DNA of 64,000 nucleotides, from assembly GCF_036321535.1 (NCBI RefSeq), contig NC_087436.1, forward strand, positions 40,302,001 through 40,366,000. The letters are read 5' to 3'. The translations under genes and the position numbers were made by a program. Each line of letters begins with the position of its first letter. Position 1 is the first letter of the stretch. The notes under the pieces are model-generated. The model did not search any database and was not told where the DNA came from. It was given only the letters and a program-made list of their open reading frames with translations. Shown piece after piece: positions 13,178 to 26,222 of this stretch. The DNA comes from Camelus dromedarius (Eukaryota).

Positions 13178-13592
13178 CTGAAATAAGCATGATTTATATT
13201 GATGGACCTGTTTTGCTTTTATGTAGAAAAATAACTGAGGCTAAATTAGGTGAGCAATGCTTATGTTTCTTTAGTAGTTTCACTTAATGTCTTATCAGAG
13301 CCAGTACACAGTTGGAAACTATATTGAATCAGTTGACTTTTCTGAACTTGTGCTGCCTATATTACAATTCCTCAGAATCTCTTATTCTTAATATGATCAG
13401 GCCTTCCAAGTCATGTACAATCAAGCTATTCCAGAATTTGGTCAAGCCTAGACTATGGCTTAGATTACCATTTCTGCCATTATTATTATTATTAATTATT
13501 ATTATATTTTCCAATGATACAGATTTACCTTCCTTGAGTCTATAGCAAAAGAAAGAGCAAAGTTGTAGTACTTTGAAAAACAATGACGATAC

Positions 13593-13692
13593 CTGACCAG
13601 TGCTAGTTGTGGTCTATTGGGAAGCCGCCAGAACAGGTCATCTCTGTTACTTCTTAGTACACTGTCAGTCAGGATACGGTCGGCCCATTGCC
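13593..13692 (-). other. Candidate 100-nt internal exon of an unidentified gene
   Basis: Acceptor ttttgtcttgttaatgcAG, donor CAG|GTatcg. Only one frame is open: QWADRILTDSVLRSNRDDLFWRLPNRPQLALV. Locally GC/CpG-rich in non-repeat DNA. Confidence 0.45.
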
Positions 13693-15929
13693 CTGCATTA
13701 ACAAGACAAAACCTTCGGTCTTTGAACAGTTTTAGTAAATGAATAGTTAAGTGAATTTATTATATAGAAATTTTTAGCTGATCTGAAATGGCAAAAATAA
13801 TTTTTTTGTGTTAATTTTGGATTGGTATGCACATTTTTTGCACATACTGCTATTAACTCTTCATGCTTTTTACACTTAAATGTTGCATATTTTGTACATA
13901 TAATTTCAAAGTTAATAGTCATAAATCTAAGCAGTCATATGAATGTTAAATATTGATATTTTGATATATATGTAAAATTATTGTAAAGTAGTCCTTAATA
14001 ACATTGAAATTTCAATGGGATATTACCAAAATAAGTCTAACATTTTATTTAGAAATTGATATGATGACTCAATTATCATCTTGGATTTTTTTAAAAAATC
14101 AACTTTATGTACACATAAAGATATTCAGCTAGAGACTGAAGTCATGAATTTAAATGAGATATAGAACTAAAAAGAAATCTAGAACAATTAACTCTACACT
14201 GAAATTGGTTTATAAGTCTTACTATTTTTGATTTGATAGGACATCTATAAGTCACACTTGATTGAGCTTGAAGGTATTTTCTGTTTTTTTCCAAAGAAAC
14301 AAATTAATTAATTGGAAAGAAAAGGTAAAGACAGTTCACACATTAAAATCACACACACAGTTCACACATAACTGCTTTCTGAAATCTGCTCCTCTGTGTT
14401 CTATGCGTCATCTTCCATCTTTTCAACTCTTGCATCTGACAATAGTATCTGGTGCCAGTGTGAACATTTGAAATGTCAAATGCTCACATTCTACCCCAGT
14501 GTTATAGAACATGTCATGTCCATGTCATTACACAGACACCTTCTGGTACAAGATAATGTGCTCGGTGGATTCTGACCATCAAAACCAATTAAGTTAAATT
14601 AAAAAATATATTTCAGTTTAAAGAGTCAAGTGTTCTAGATTTGAACTGAGCTTCAGATCTCTTACAAGATCTTATAATTTGCCCAGAAGTTTCTTATTTT
14701 GATGAAAATTGAATCATAGCCAGTAAAGCCAGTAAAGGTAGTATTTAATATGTCTTAAAAATGATAAGATTTGATATCTTGGTTTATTCATATTTTTATA
14801 GCAGGTTCTCCTGGCTAAAGGCCTGCCATCAGCCTGTCATAAGATGTTAGCGCCATTGTAATCATAGCTTATTAGTATCCCTAATATAGCCAGTTAGTCT
14901 AACAGTACATAATCAAATATTTTTTCAAAATTAATTTTTAAATAAAAAACAGTAGCACAGTAAAATGAAAACAAAATTTTAAGATAATTAAGTACATTTA
15001 AATAGTAGCCTTAGGGATTTTAGAATACAACAAAAAATTTCAACTTTATCTATTATTTTATGTCAATTCATTTTTATAAATTTTAACAGTGAATTTTCTG
15101 TAAAAGGAAAACTTTTTCTAGTGTTTCCTCTTCAGACAGAAAAATAACAAGAGAAATTTCACCCTGAGAAAGCAGAACATTTCTCTGACTCTTCAGAAAT
15201 ATGTATTCATAAGAATATTTTGAGTGTGTCTTTTTAATTTTATAATTTCTGGGATGGTACTTAAGAAAGGTTTGTCAGCATGTTTATTAATAAATACTTC
15301 ATTTAATTAATACCTTTTCAGTTTTATGCTTCAAAGATCTTAAACCCTGTAAAAATAGATACAGCTTGCAATAGTATTTTAAAATGTTGGAAGATGAATT
15401 TAAGTGTCTATCAGAATGCACAACATAGCATGAAACAGTGCAATTTTTTATTTAACAGTTAATAAGATTTCAGAATTTTCACTAATACTTTTATAAATAA
15501 GAACAAGATTAGGAAGAGAAGATATTCTACTTATCTAAATAAGTAGATTATACAAATGTATTCTGACAAAGTAAACGATAGAATAATACACTTGTAGAGA
15601 AGTCTCAAAAAGAGGGAATTGTGGAAATATTTCAAACAAAACATTGTCATTTTTTGAGACTGTCTTTGGTCAATACTGAAAAATAATCATTTCAATCTAG
15701 AGACCTCTAAATATGGAGCCAGGTTGACATTAAAAATATATTGCTGATGGTACAATAACAAAGTTTCAAACTTATTTGTTACCCTTGCCCCATTCATGAT
15801 TCCCCCTGTTCCTAGAGAGTTTTGGCTCTTCCAGTCAGTGCAGAATAACTAGAATATAATCATACCATCATTTCATTTTACCTGAATAGAAAATAAGCAT
15901 TTGACTGGCTGGACCAGACTACACATGGG

Positions 15930-16097
15930 TCTCCACCAAGGAAGTGAAAATCTGTGCATTAAAATTAAAAGACACTGATAAAAGAAATTAGTTGCAAGTA
16001 AAAGGAAGCATATCCAGTGTTCATGGTTTGGAAGAACTAAATTGTTAAAATGTTCATACTACCCAAAGTGATCTGCAGATTCAATGAAATACCTACT
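15930..16097 (+). mobile_element. Older LINE-1 ORF2 fragment (left part of an interrupted element)
   Basis: TGTTCATGGTTTGGAAGAACTAAATTGTTAAAATGTTCATACTACCCAAAGTGATCTGCAGATTCAATG (CSW.GR.NIVKM..LPK..RFN region). Confidence 0.85.
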
Positions 16098-17790
16098 TCA
16101 GGAAACAAGAAAAATTTCACATAAACAACCTAATCTTACACCTAAAGGAGCTAGAAAAAAAAAAAGAATAAACAAAATCCAAAGTTAATAGACATTAGTC
16201 TTAGAAATATTTTTGGCTATGTCTCTTCAGGCAACAGAAACAAAAGCAAAAATAAACATTTGGGACCCCATCAAACTAAAAAGCTTTTGCATAGTGATAG
16301 AAACCATCAACAAAATGAAATGGGAGAAGTTATTTTCAAATGAAATATCTGATAAGGGGTTAATATTCAAATATACAAAGAACTCATACAACTCAACATC
16401 AAAAAACAAATAACCAAACAACCCAACAATCCAAATGAAAAATGGGCAGAGGACCTTAATAGATACTTTTCCAAAAAAAGACATAAAGATGGCCAGCAGG
16501 CACATAAAAAGATGCTCAATATCACTAATCTTCAGGGAAATGCAAACCAAAACCACAACGAGATATCGCTTCACACCTGTCAGAATGGCTTTCATCAAAA
16601 AGACAACAAATAACAAGTGTTGGTGAGGATGTGGAGAAAAGGGAATACTTGTGCACTGTTTGTGGGAATGTAAATTGATGCAGCTACTCTGTAAAACAGT
16701 GTGGAGATTTCTTTAAAAATTTAAAAATGGAACTACCATACTATCCAGTAATTCTACTCTTGGGTACTCATCCAAAGAAAACAAAAACGCTGATTAGAAA
16801 AGATATATGCACCTCTATGTTTATTGCAGTGTCATTGATAATAGCCAAGATATGGAAGAAATCCAAGGGCCCATCAATAGCTGAATGTACAAAAAAGATA
16901 CGATATCTATACACAATGGAGTATTACTCAGCCATAAAAAGAATGAAATATTGCATTTGAGACAACATGGATGGACCTAGTGGGAATTATGATAAGTGAA
17001 ATAAATCAGAGAAAGACAAATGCCTTATGATTTTGCTTATATGTGGAATCTAAAAAATAAAACAAATGAATAAACATGAGAGAATAGAAACAGACATAGA
17101 TACAGAGAACAAACAGGTTGTTGTTAGAGGTGGGAGGGTGGGGAGAACAGAAATAGGTAAGAGAGATTAAGAGGTATAAACTTCCATTTGCAAAATAAAT
17201 GAGTCGCCAATATAAAGTGCACGGTGTAGGAAACATAGTCAATAATAATGTAATATATTTGTATGGTCACAGATGGTAACTTATTGCAGTGATCATTTTG
17301 AAATATATGGAGATATCAAGTATACATGTTGTATAACAGGGGCTAACATAGTGCTGCAAGTCAATTACTCTTCAAAAACAACCAACCAAGCAAACAAACA
17401 AACTCACAGGAAAAGAAATCAGATTTTTGGCTACCAGAGGCCAAAATGGGCCTCTGGGATTGGGCGAGGGGGAATTGGATAAAGATGGTCAAAAGGTACA
17501 AACTTTGGTTATAAAATAAATAAGTACTAGGGATATAATGCACAACATAATAAATACAATTAACATTGCTATATGCTGTATATGAAAGTTAAGAGAGTAA
17601 ATCCTAAGACTTCTCACCACGAGGAAAAAGGTTTTTTTCTATTTATTTAATTTTCTATTTATGTAAGATGACAGATGTTCACGAAACTTATTATGACAAT
17701 TATTTCATGATATATGTAAATTAAATCATTAGGCTATATACCTTATATAGTCCTCTATATCAATTATATCTCTATAAAAGTAGGAGTAAA
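16098..17790 (+). mobile_element. Younger laurasiatherian LINE-1: ORF2 pieces plus bipartite 3' UTR, nested in the older L1
   Basis: ORFs 16213-16413, 16435-16626 and 16727-16960 are L1 ORF2p C-terminal segments. The 3' UTR ends CAATTATATCTCTATAAAAG. Confidence 0.9.
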
Positions 17791-19145
17791 AATGAAATTG
17801 GATCCATTATCTTACACTGTACACAAAAATTGATTCAAAATGTATTAAATACTTAAATATGTCTTAAAACCATAAAATTTCTCGATGAAAACATAGGGAA
17901 AAACTACTTGACATTAGTCTTGGCAATGTTTTTTGGAAATGACACCATAAATATGGGAAACAAAAGCAAAAATAGACAAGTAAGACTATATGAAACTGAA
18001 AAGTATTTGTATAGCAATGGAAATAGTCAACAGAGTGAAAAAGTAACCTGTGTACAGAATTGGAGGAATATTTGCAAACTATATTATCTATTATGGGGTT
18101 AGTATCCAAAATACACAAGGAATGCATGCAACTCAGCAACAACTGAAAAATAATAAAAGCAAATAATTCAATACAAATGGATTTGAACAGATATTTATCG
18201 AAAGAAGACTACATATAGCCAACAAACATATGAAAAAGTACTCAATATTACTATTTGTCAGAGAAACATAAATCAAAATTACTAAGAGATATGATCTCAC
18301 ACCTTTTAGGATAGTGATTAAAAAAAAGATAATAATATTGAGAATGATGTGGTGAAAAGAGAACTCTGGTACACTGGTGGCAGAGCTGTCAATTGGTACA
18401 GCCATTAAGAAAAAGAGTTTGGAATTTCCCCCCAAAATTAAAAATAGAAGTAGCTCATCATCCAGCAATTCTACTTCTCTTTATATATCCAAAGGAAACA
18501 AAATCAGGGGTTTGGAGAGAAATCTGCAGTTCCATGTTCATTACAGTATTATTCATTGTTCAAGATATGGAATCAACCTAAATGGTCATCAATGGATAAA
18601 AAGATGTTTACAAAGTAGTATATACACACAGTGGAATATTCAGTCCTGAAAAAGAAGAAAACCTTGCTATTTGTGACAACATGGATTGACCTGGAGTGTA
18701 TAATGCTAAGTGAAATAAATCAGAATAAAACAAATACTGAAAGTTTTTACCTATATGTGGAATCTAAAATAGTCAAACTCATGGAAGAGAAAGTAGGATA
18801 GTTTCAGTTATGCAAGATAAACAAGTTCTGGAGATCTACTCTTGAACATAGTGCCTATAGCTGACAATACTGTATTGTATACTTAAAATTTGCCACGATG
18901 ATAGATCTTAAGTGTTCTTACCACTATATATAATACATGTAGTATATTATAGATAGTAAATAAATATATAGAAAATAATAATAAAATGGCTGAAGGAAAC
19001 TCTGGGAGATGATGCCTATGTTTGTGGCCTTGATGATGGTGACAGTTTCTTGGGTGTGTTCTTATGCCCAAACTCCTAAAGTTATGTACATTAAATATGT
19101 AAAACTTTTTATGTCAATCATACGTCAGTAAGTGGTTTTTAGAAA
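17791..19145 (+). mobile_element. Older LINE-1 (L1MA-like): ORF2 3' end plus 3' UTR (right part)
   Basis: Resumes at ATGAAATTGGATCC. ORFs 17908-18102 and 18393-18581 are ORF2p-like. The 3' UTR contains TGACAATACTGTATTGTATACTTAAAATTTGC. Confidence 0.9.
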
Positions 19146-22140
19146 GATAAGATTGAAGTGTTGAACCACAATTTTAGGTAAAGTTTGTAAAAAGTAGAGT
19201 CAGAAGCCAGTTTATACACTGATTGTAAAGACAGAGTTGATTGTCTCTATAAAGCTTAAGTTTAGATACAGTGGAAATAAGGAAAAATTAACAAGAAAAG
19301 GTAGCTGACAGGCTAAATTGTAAGATTTCAGGGATTAAGTGACTTAAGCTTAAGGCATAGAAAGTTAAGGTGAAGTGGAATTGAAGTGAGATCCTTTAAG
19401 TTTCAAGAAATGTTTAGTTCAATGTTGGAAAAATTATCCAAATCCCTAGAAATAGTCATAAAAGATTATTGGCTAGTACAGTTTTGAGCATTTTATTAAA
19501 CAGGCAATTTAAAACTCTGGGGCAGAAATTAACTTGTAGAGTTTTGTCTGGCAGAGATTTGAATAAGCGGAGAATACACAAGGCCAGTCAGATATAGCTT
19601 ACTGCCCTGATGGATATTAACCAGTTTTGTATCCAACTCTGAATCTGTACTTTTCCTAAAATTTATTTATTAAATTGCCTGTGTATACTAAACTTCTCAA
19701 TTTTGTTTGAATTTCAACACCTATTGTTTGCCTTATTAATAAGTTAAATAAAATCTTTGGACATATCTATTTTGTATTTGCTTCCAACAAATTAACCATA
19801 GCATTCAATCTCATTATCAAATTTTGAACTAGAAAACAGAAGAATCAGAGGAATGTTAATAATGATCTTTTGCCTCCTTTGGAACAGAGGTTAGATATGA
19901 TCTGTGAGTCTTTATGTGCTAAACAAATTCTAATGACCGAATTATATGGAGACACATGTAACCCCAAATCAAGAACACATTTTCCTGGCAGTCGACACAT
20001 TACAATTCTGACCTTACAGTTGTCTCAGATGCTGTGAGACGTATCTCACTTAGCGGTTATATACTGATACATTAGGTAAAGATGGCATTTTAGCATTAGA
20101 AGCATATTTTTACTACATGGCCATTAATATTCTTCATGACTGAATTACTGTGTAACTTGCTTGTGCCAACTAATTTGCCTTTGGAAACATTTTATGTATT
20201 AATAAAATAGAATGATTGATTTCATTACTTATTAATATAGTTAAAATGTTGGAAACAGATTGGAGCTTATTTCTCAACTCTGACACTTAAATTATCACAG
20301 CCTGAACCAGTCACATATTTAATATTTCTTATTTTTAATTTTTGGGCTGTAAAACTCAATTATTAATGGTTTTCCCTCCTAGGATTATTGTAAAAATAAA
20401 TTTGGCTACATCTCTAAAGATTTTAGGATGTTACCTAGCACAAAATTACATTTCCAAAATTGTTACCAGCTATTATAAATTTAATTGTTCTTAACAAAAT
20501 ATATTACACAGTGACATAACACTATTATCCGTATTCAATGTGCATTAGCTACTGACATGAAATATTGGAAGCCTTAAGTATAAAATTTTCAGACATAAAA
20601 ATGGAGATGGCTAAACAACAAAGATAAAAGATAGAAAATATCTTTACCAGCTTTTCTTCAAAATTAAACTATTTTACTGAAAATCTTTCCAGAAAAATCA
20701 TTCTTTAAGTTTTAATAAGTATAGATTTTTTAAAAAGATTAGCATATTGCTTATATATTAAGGAATTTTATTTAGTAAACAATAAGATTTTATTACTGTT
20801 GGTTTGTTCAAATAAAACAAAACATTAAGTACTAAAAACATATCTCTTAAATTATATTGTCCTAAGATTAGAGATGTTACTTAGTAAATTGTCTTCAAAT
20901 ATGGTCTAATACTTTGTCGAAGTACTTTGCAGTAATAAACGTGTCTGCTAAACATTGCTCCTTTAAAAGAGTATAGAACTAAAATTATCAGCAGTTAATT
21001 CAAGATGAATCAACAAAATATTTTGTTACTCTCCAACTACTGCAAGAAAGAAATCCTTATGGCTGTTAAATTTCCATAAGCAGTCATGTGTGCACTGAAT
21101 TTGAAGTTTTTTCTGCTTTGTGCCCGTAGCCTTCCTTTAATTCTGAGCTTTTCATGCAGTTTGGATAGTTCCAATTATCTTGGTGGTGGATTATTTGGAG
21201 GAGTGAAGGATGAGGAGCAGCACATCATGGGCTAGAGGGCAATAACCAAAAAAATTGGATACAGTAGATAAGCAGGCTGCATCATGGTCTGACCTAGGAG
21301 ATACAGAAAGAAACTTGGAAAGCCCTAGATAAACTGAGGTCTCATGACTTCCCACTATGGTTGGAAATGGGACTCAGGCCATTTTTGTATTGAAAGAATG
21401 ACCCCTAAACATTAAGTTGTTTGAAGTTGTCCAGGTTGGAAACTTCTGGGTTACCTTCAATTGAGAAAGAGTTTTTGTTAAGCCACAACAAAAGAAATTT
21501 ATTAGTAGAAAAAAAGAAAAAAGAAAAAAATCCTTTTTTTTCTTATATAAATAATTATATCAGTTTTCCTAATTTATTTTGGCTTGTACTAAAACTTATT
21601 TTTATCAATGAATCCAAATTGTGTTAGCAAAGAATACTGCACTCTGAACTTTGTTCTTAATGATGGACAATGATTTTTAAGCAAGAAAAGAATACCAAAA
21701 AACTAAAAAAGTTTAATGTAAATTTTATAGAAATCTAAATTAAGCTTTCTATTTTCATAGAACTATGATTTCAAATCAGTCCTTTTGTGTACAAAGGCTT
21801 ATACAACTGGATCAATTTTTAAACAGATAATTACAAAAGACTGCACATTAACTTAATTCTTGACTCATTTTGGCTCTCTTTTTGACTTACTATTTGACTT
21901 TTTGTACAAATATTTATTCATTGACATTTAAACTATAACAGCATTTTACAGATGCCATTCACATCATTGGTCCCTCTAATGGATTTATCTAATTCTAATC
22001 ACAATTAAAGATTTTTTGTTTACTATACAATGTTGTTAATTCTCTATTTACATTTGCTGCTTACGTGCACAGAATAAGCCCACTGAAGTATAGCATATGC
22101 ATTAAGTGTACATTTGAAAACAATACTCTAAGCTTACTAC

Positions 22141-22569
22141 TGTTAAAGTTAAATACAAAATGGAGATCAGAATTGAGAATTCCTTGAGCAGACAAACCCA
22201 TGTAAGCCATATAAGCAAAATTAAATCTAGCTTATTTCATGAACATAACCAAAACTTAACCTAGGCATTTCTTGTGAATGCTTCTGACAAACATAAGAGA
22301 CACAAGTCATCTTCCTAAATATGGTTATGACTTTTAACCATTCTCCTGCATCTGGAAAACCCCCTTGTAATAACCAGTCATTGTAAAGGTTAACAACTTC
22401 CTCAGTTTTATTTTATAAGCCATCCCGTAACTTCATGCCCTGAGCTTCGTATCTGTTTTACTTTTGAAAGTTCCCAGTGTGAGAACCATTTTTACATACA
22501 TAATAAACTCTTACTAAATACTATTAATGATTTGGTGGTTTTAATTTTGCTATTTCTGGATTTTTGACA
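22141..22569 (+). mobile_element. ERV1-type solo LTR (MER4-group-like)
   Basis: TGTTAAAG...TTTTGACA termini, AAAATGGAG near the start, TATAAG ~22413, AATAAA ~22502. Confidence 0.75.
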
Positions 22570-22719
22570 GTATTTAATTTAGTAGCATATCTTCTTGCTC
22601 ACCACTCCTGTTGGAAAGAAATGAGCTCTTCATTAGCATTAATATTTCTATTAAATATGGAAGAATAAAGCAGTGATATATGCATGTTTTCCATCTGATC
22701 AAGTATATTGATATCAGAT

Positions 22720-23162
22720 TGTTGGGCTGCACCATGCAGGCCTAAAAGCCTATGCTTGCCCAGCTTCAAGACCAAAGAAAGAGCCAAAGTCAGCAACAGA
22801 GACATCAATGGTTTCATGGATAGGGGGGATCTTGCATGTCTGAAGCAGGGTCCTGAAGTGACTCCCCACTGTGTGTGGCAAATAGTGGGCAGGCATGGCG
22901 GCGGTCTTTGCTCCCCAGACAGGAGGAGATTAGTAGTTATAGGGGGGAGTTAACTTCAGGTTGGCTCATTGGTTACCAGGGAAACCAGCAGAGGGGCATG
23001 CCCCTCACCACCCCTTTGATAAGAACAATCACCAGCTGGGGCATGGGGCAGGTATGTAGGAAGATCAGTCATATGAGTTAGGTGTAGGTAAAGAAGGCAC
23101 TGGTGGAGCAGGGGATGTACAGAGAGCAAGAGGACAGCCATCTTGAGTGGCCTGATCATACA
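22720..23162 (-). mobile_element. ERV1-type solo LTR, 443 bp
   Basis: TG...CA termini, imperfect 4-bp TSD AGAT/CGAT, second copy at 1-265. Confidence 0.85.
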
Positions 23163-23499
23163 CGATGCATTATTGCAGGGAAAAAGATCTAATAAGTAGA
23201 ATCAGTTAGAGTTTTGGGGGCACAAAATAGGTTGGTAAGGTTTAGATAAATAGAAAAATGGGAACCTTTGGAGAAACAACAAGAGAAAATAAATAGACAT
23301 GGAGAGCACAGAAGAAAGTTAATAGCAAAGGGCAGAGGACATGAGCAGCTAATAGAGCCTTTAAAAAGTAGGCATAGAAGATAAAACTTGATGTATTCAG
23401 TTGTTAGTTAATTCAAGGTAATATATTGAAAATGATATTTTAGGGGGAAAAATCCTTCCCATGTTTTGGATAAAATTAAGAACATTCTGTAATATAAAA

Positions 23500-24175
23500 T
23501 ATCTCAGTTAATATGCATTTGGATGCAAGTAAAAAGAAACATACTCAAAATAACTTCAAACGGGGCGGGAGGCAACAGCTCAGAGCATGGGCTTAGCATG
23601 TACCAGGCCCTGGGTTCTATCTCCAACACCTCATTAAAAAAAAAAAAAAAAAAAAAGGAGGAAAAAATAACTTAAAATAATGTCATTTATTATCTCATAT
23701 AACAATAGTCTTGATAAAGTGTAGTCCCACAGTTGGATCATTTCAATGGCTCAACAATATTCCCCAAAGCCCAGGTTCTGTTATATTTATCTGCACTAAC
23801 ATCCTAAGCATCATCCTCTTATGTTTCCTTCTCTCATGGTTCCAAGATGGTTGTCACAGTACCAGGCATCACATGCAGGCAGTAACACTGTCGAAGAAAA
23901 TGGGAATGCTTTTGTCTCTCCTTGTGTAAGTGTAAGAGAGGCTTTTTGAAAAAAACTTCAGCAAACTTCCTCTATTGTTCCACTGAGCAAATGTGCATTG
24001 CATGACCATGCTAAAGCCTATTATTTGTCAAGGGGATTAAGGTCAGCAAGAACAATTTAGACCTACCATAATTCACTCCCTATGGGTCCAGAAAGGCCCA
24101 GCATTTGTTGGTGGCTCACAGAAGAATGAACACAAGTGGGGTTCTATTTATAAGGAAGAAGAAAGGGAACAGATG
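23500..24175 (-). mobile_element. Old MaLR LTR (MLT1J/K/L-like) interrupted by a SINE
   Basis: ATTTATTATCTCATATAACAA, CTCATGGTTCCAAGATGGTTG...CCAGGCATCACAT and GGGTTCTATTTATAAGGAAGAAG are typical minus-strand MLT1 blocks. Confidence 0.7.
23561..23663 (+). mobile_element. tRNA-derived SINE, Vic-1-like (camelid)
   Basis: GGGG..AGCTCAGAGCATGGGCTTAGCATG..AGGCCCTGGGTTCTATCTCCAACACCTC plus an A21 tail. TSD AAAATAACTT(C/A)AAA at 23547-23560 and 23664-23677. Confidence 0.85.
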
Positions 24176-25199
24176 TAAAGACAATCAATAGTGCTTTTTC
24201 TAAGCAAAGTCGCTACAGGGTTGTTCCATAATCAGTTTTGGATGAACAACATTTTTTACAATTTTGCCTTCTCAACTGGCAAATAATTTAAGAAGAATTG
24301 GAAAAAAATAGCTTATAGAAGCACAGTAAAAATATGTTGTGGATGTCGGCGACATAATTCATTCCCTTCTCTTTCCACTGGAAAGATAAATATTTCTTAA
24401 TTGGGACTATGATAAATTTCATTCTAGCTCTAAAGAATATTTGTGTAACATCTTTAGTGTAGGACTTGGATCACTGCTAGAGGGATTAAGTAAAAGATGT
24501 TGTCTAAACCAATCTCAAAGCAATCTGTGGCACAGCATTTCTATTAGGCTTTTTATTTCAGAACAAATACTAACATATAATTGGACACTTGCAATAGTTA
24601 GTTAGTTTTATTTTACAGAACTTAGTTATTTTCTTACCACTAGCACCACTGTATAACTTTTTGATACTATCTTTGCTGTTGGTACACTGATGTGAAAACC
24701 TATCTCAACCTATTTCCAATCTTCATGTGACATTAATTCTAAGATAATTCTAAGACAAGCACAGTAATACAGAAACAACCTCAGTAGAATAAGAAAGGTT
24801 GAGTGAAATTATTTCACTGTATCCTATTCTAATATGTTTTACTGTGTGTATTCTGTAAAATGTCTAACTTAAAATGCTCTATTATTTGCAAGACAATATT
24901 TATCAAGTCTATAAACAGTTTTCATTTTTAAATGTACTGAATATTTGCTACACTGCTGAAGCCCAGAAAAATTTAAAATGTGTTTAAAAGCAATATTACT
25001 TTTATCTCTGTCCCTTGAACTCTGCTCTTTTCCTTGTATTAGATAATCTTTTCTTTTAAATTTTGCTTATTCTATTTTAATATAAGAAAATCATATTGTG
25101 TCATATATATCATAATATACGTGTATGTGCATATACAAATAAGTACATATATGTGTTTGTATTAACATCTCCCTAACAGTATTAAGGGTATAAAGAGCT

Positions 25200-25900
25200 T
25201 TATCAACTTTGCTTTTTTCAATTAATAATAAACACTGAAGATCATGCTATAGTGGTACCTAGCAATATTCTAAGATTATTTTTTGTCTCTTTTTGCTCTC
25301 AGTATTCTATGTTCTTGATGTGCTATTGTTTATTCAGCCAATCTTCTAGTGATGGCTACTTGCTTTGCTTTCAGGCTTTTGCTATTACTAGGTGTCTTAA
25401 ATATATTGTATTTTCATATTTTTGCCTATAGATCTCTGAAACAGATTTCTAGGATGGCACTGCTGGGCCAAACAGTAAGTAGATATGCAATTTTTAAAGT
25501 TATGATCAAGTTCTTTTTCATAGAGATTGCATTAATTTATATTTACATCATGTGAGAATTCCCCACAGCTTTGCCAAATAATTTTCAGATTCTTTTGTTT
25601 TGCCAATCTACTGGGTGAGAAATGTTTTCTTAATTTTGACTCATTTCTGTTATGATGAAAGAGGTTTTGTATCTTTTCATGTGGTTAAAAGTACATTTGT
25701 TCTGTTCATGTTTCTAGTTCATTTTTCTTCAGGGTTAGTACCTTTTTATCTTTTATTTTTAGATGACTTTTTCATGTTAGAATTGTTAAATTTTTGTCTC
25801 TGATATACATTATTTACTTTGGTTTCTTACTTTGCTTATATTGATATTTGTCATGTATTTAAAATTATACAGTCACATTTATTAATATTCTCCATTAATT
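25200..25900 (-). mobile_element. Very old LINE-1 (L1ME-like) 3' region
   Basis: Decayed GCTGGGCCAAA, CCCCACAGCTTTGCCAA and TTTTGCCAATCT..TGGGTGAGAAATG blocks. Confidence 0.6.
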
Positions 25901-26054
25901 CTAAATTTTGCCATGCATTTTAAATAATTCTCTACTTTTGTATATACTTAAATACATACATACATAAAAAATTTTCATAATAAAACATTTTAAAGAAAGG
26001 TAGCATCCTTACTTGAGTTGTAACTCTTCACAGTATTGCTTCCTTTGTGAAGGT

Positions 26055-26222
26055 TACTGTACTGAGTGCTCTGCATAGATTATCACACATATCCAGAAGT
26101 GATTTTGCAAGGTGGATTCTATCATTATTCCCATGTACAGGATGAAGAAAATAAAACTCAGAAATTTAAAAAAATGCCCCAAATAAATTAAAAATAAATG
26201 AGGAAATCTGAATTTGAAATCA
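26055..26222 (-). mobile_element. MIR, split by the LTR insertion (continues ~27082-27110)
   Basis: ATTATTCCCATGTACAGGATGAAGAAAA..ACTCAGA...GAATTTGAA, resuming as GACTTTAGAGCCC after 27081. Confidence 0.7.

Noticed and set aside
1..23162. The two homologous LTRs as the ends of one 23 kb provirus or cargo element
   Set aside because: They differ by more than 10% by eye, the second copy has its own near-TSD, and the interval holds much older elements in mixed orientation.
23561..23635. Functional tRNA gene
   Set aside because: The D-arm region is damaged, and the poly(A) tail and TSD mark it as a SINE.
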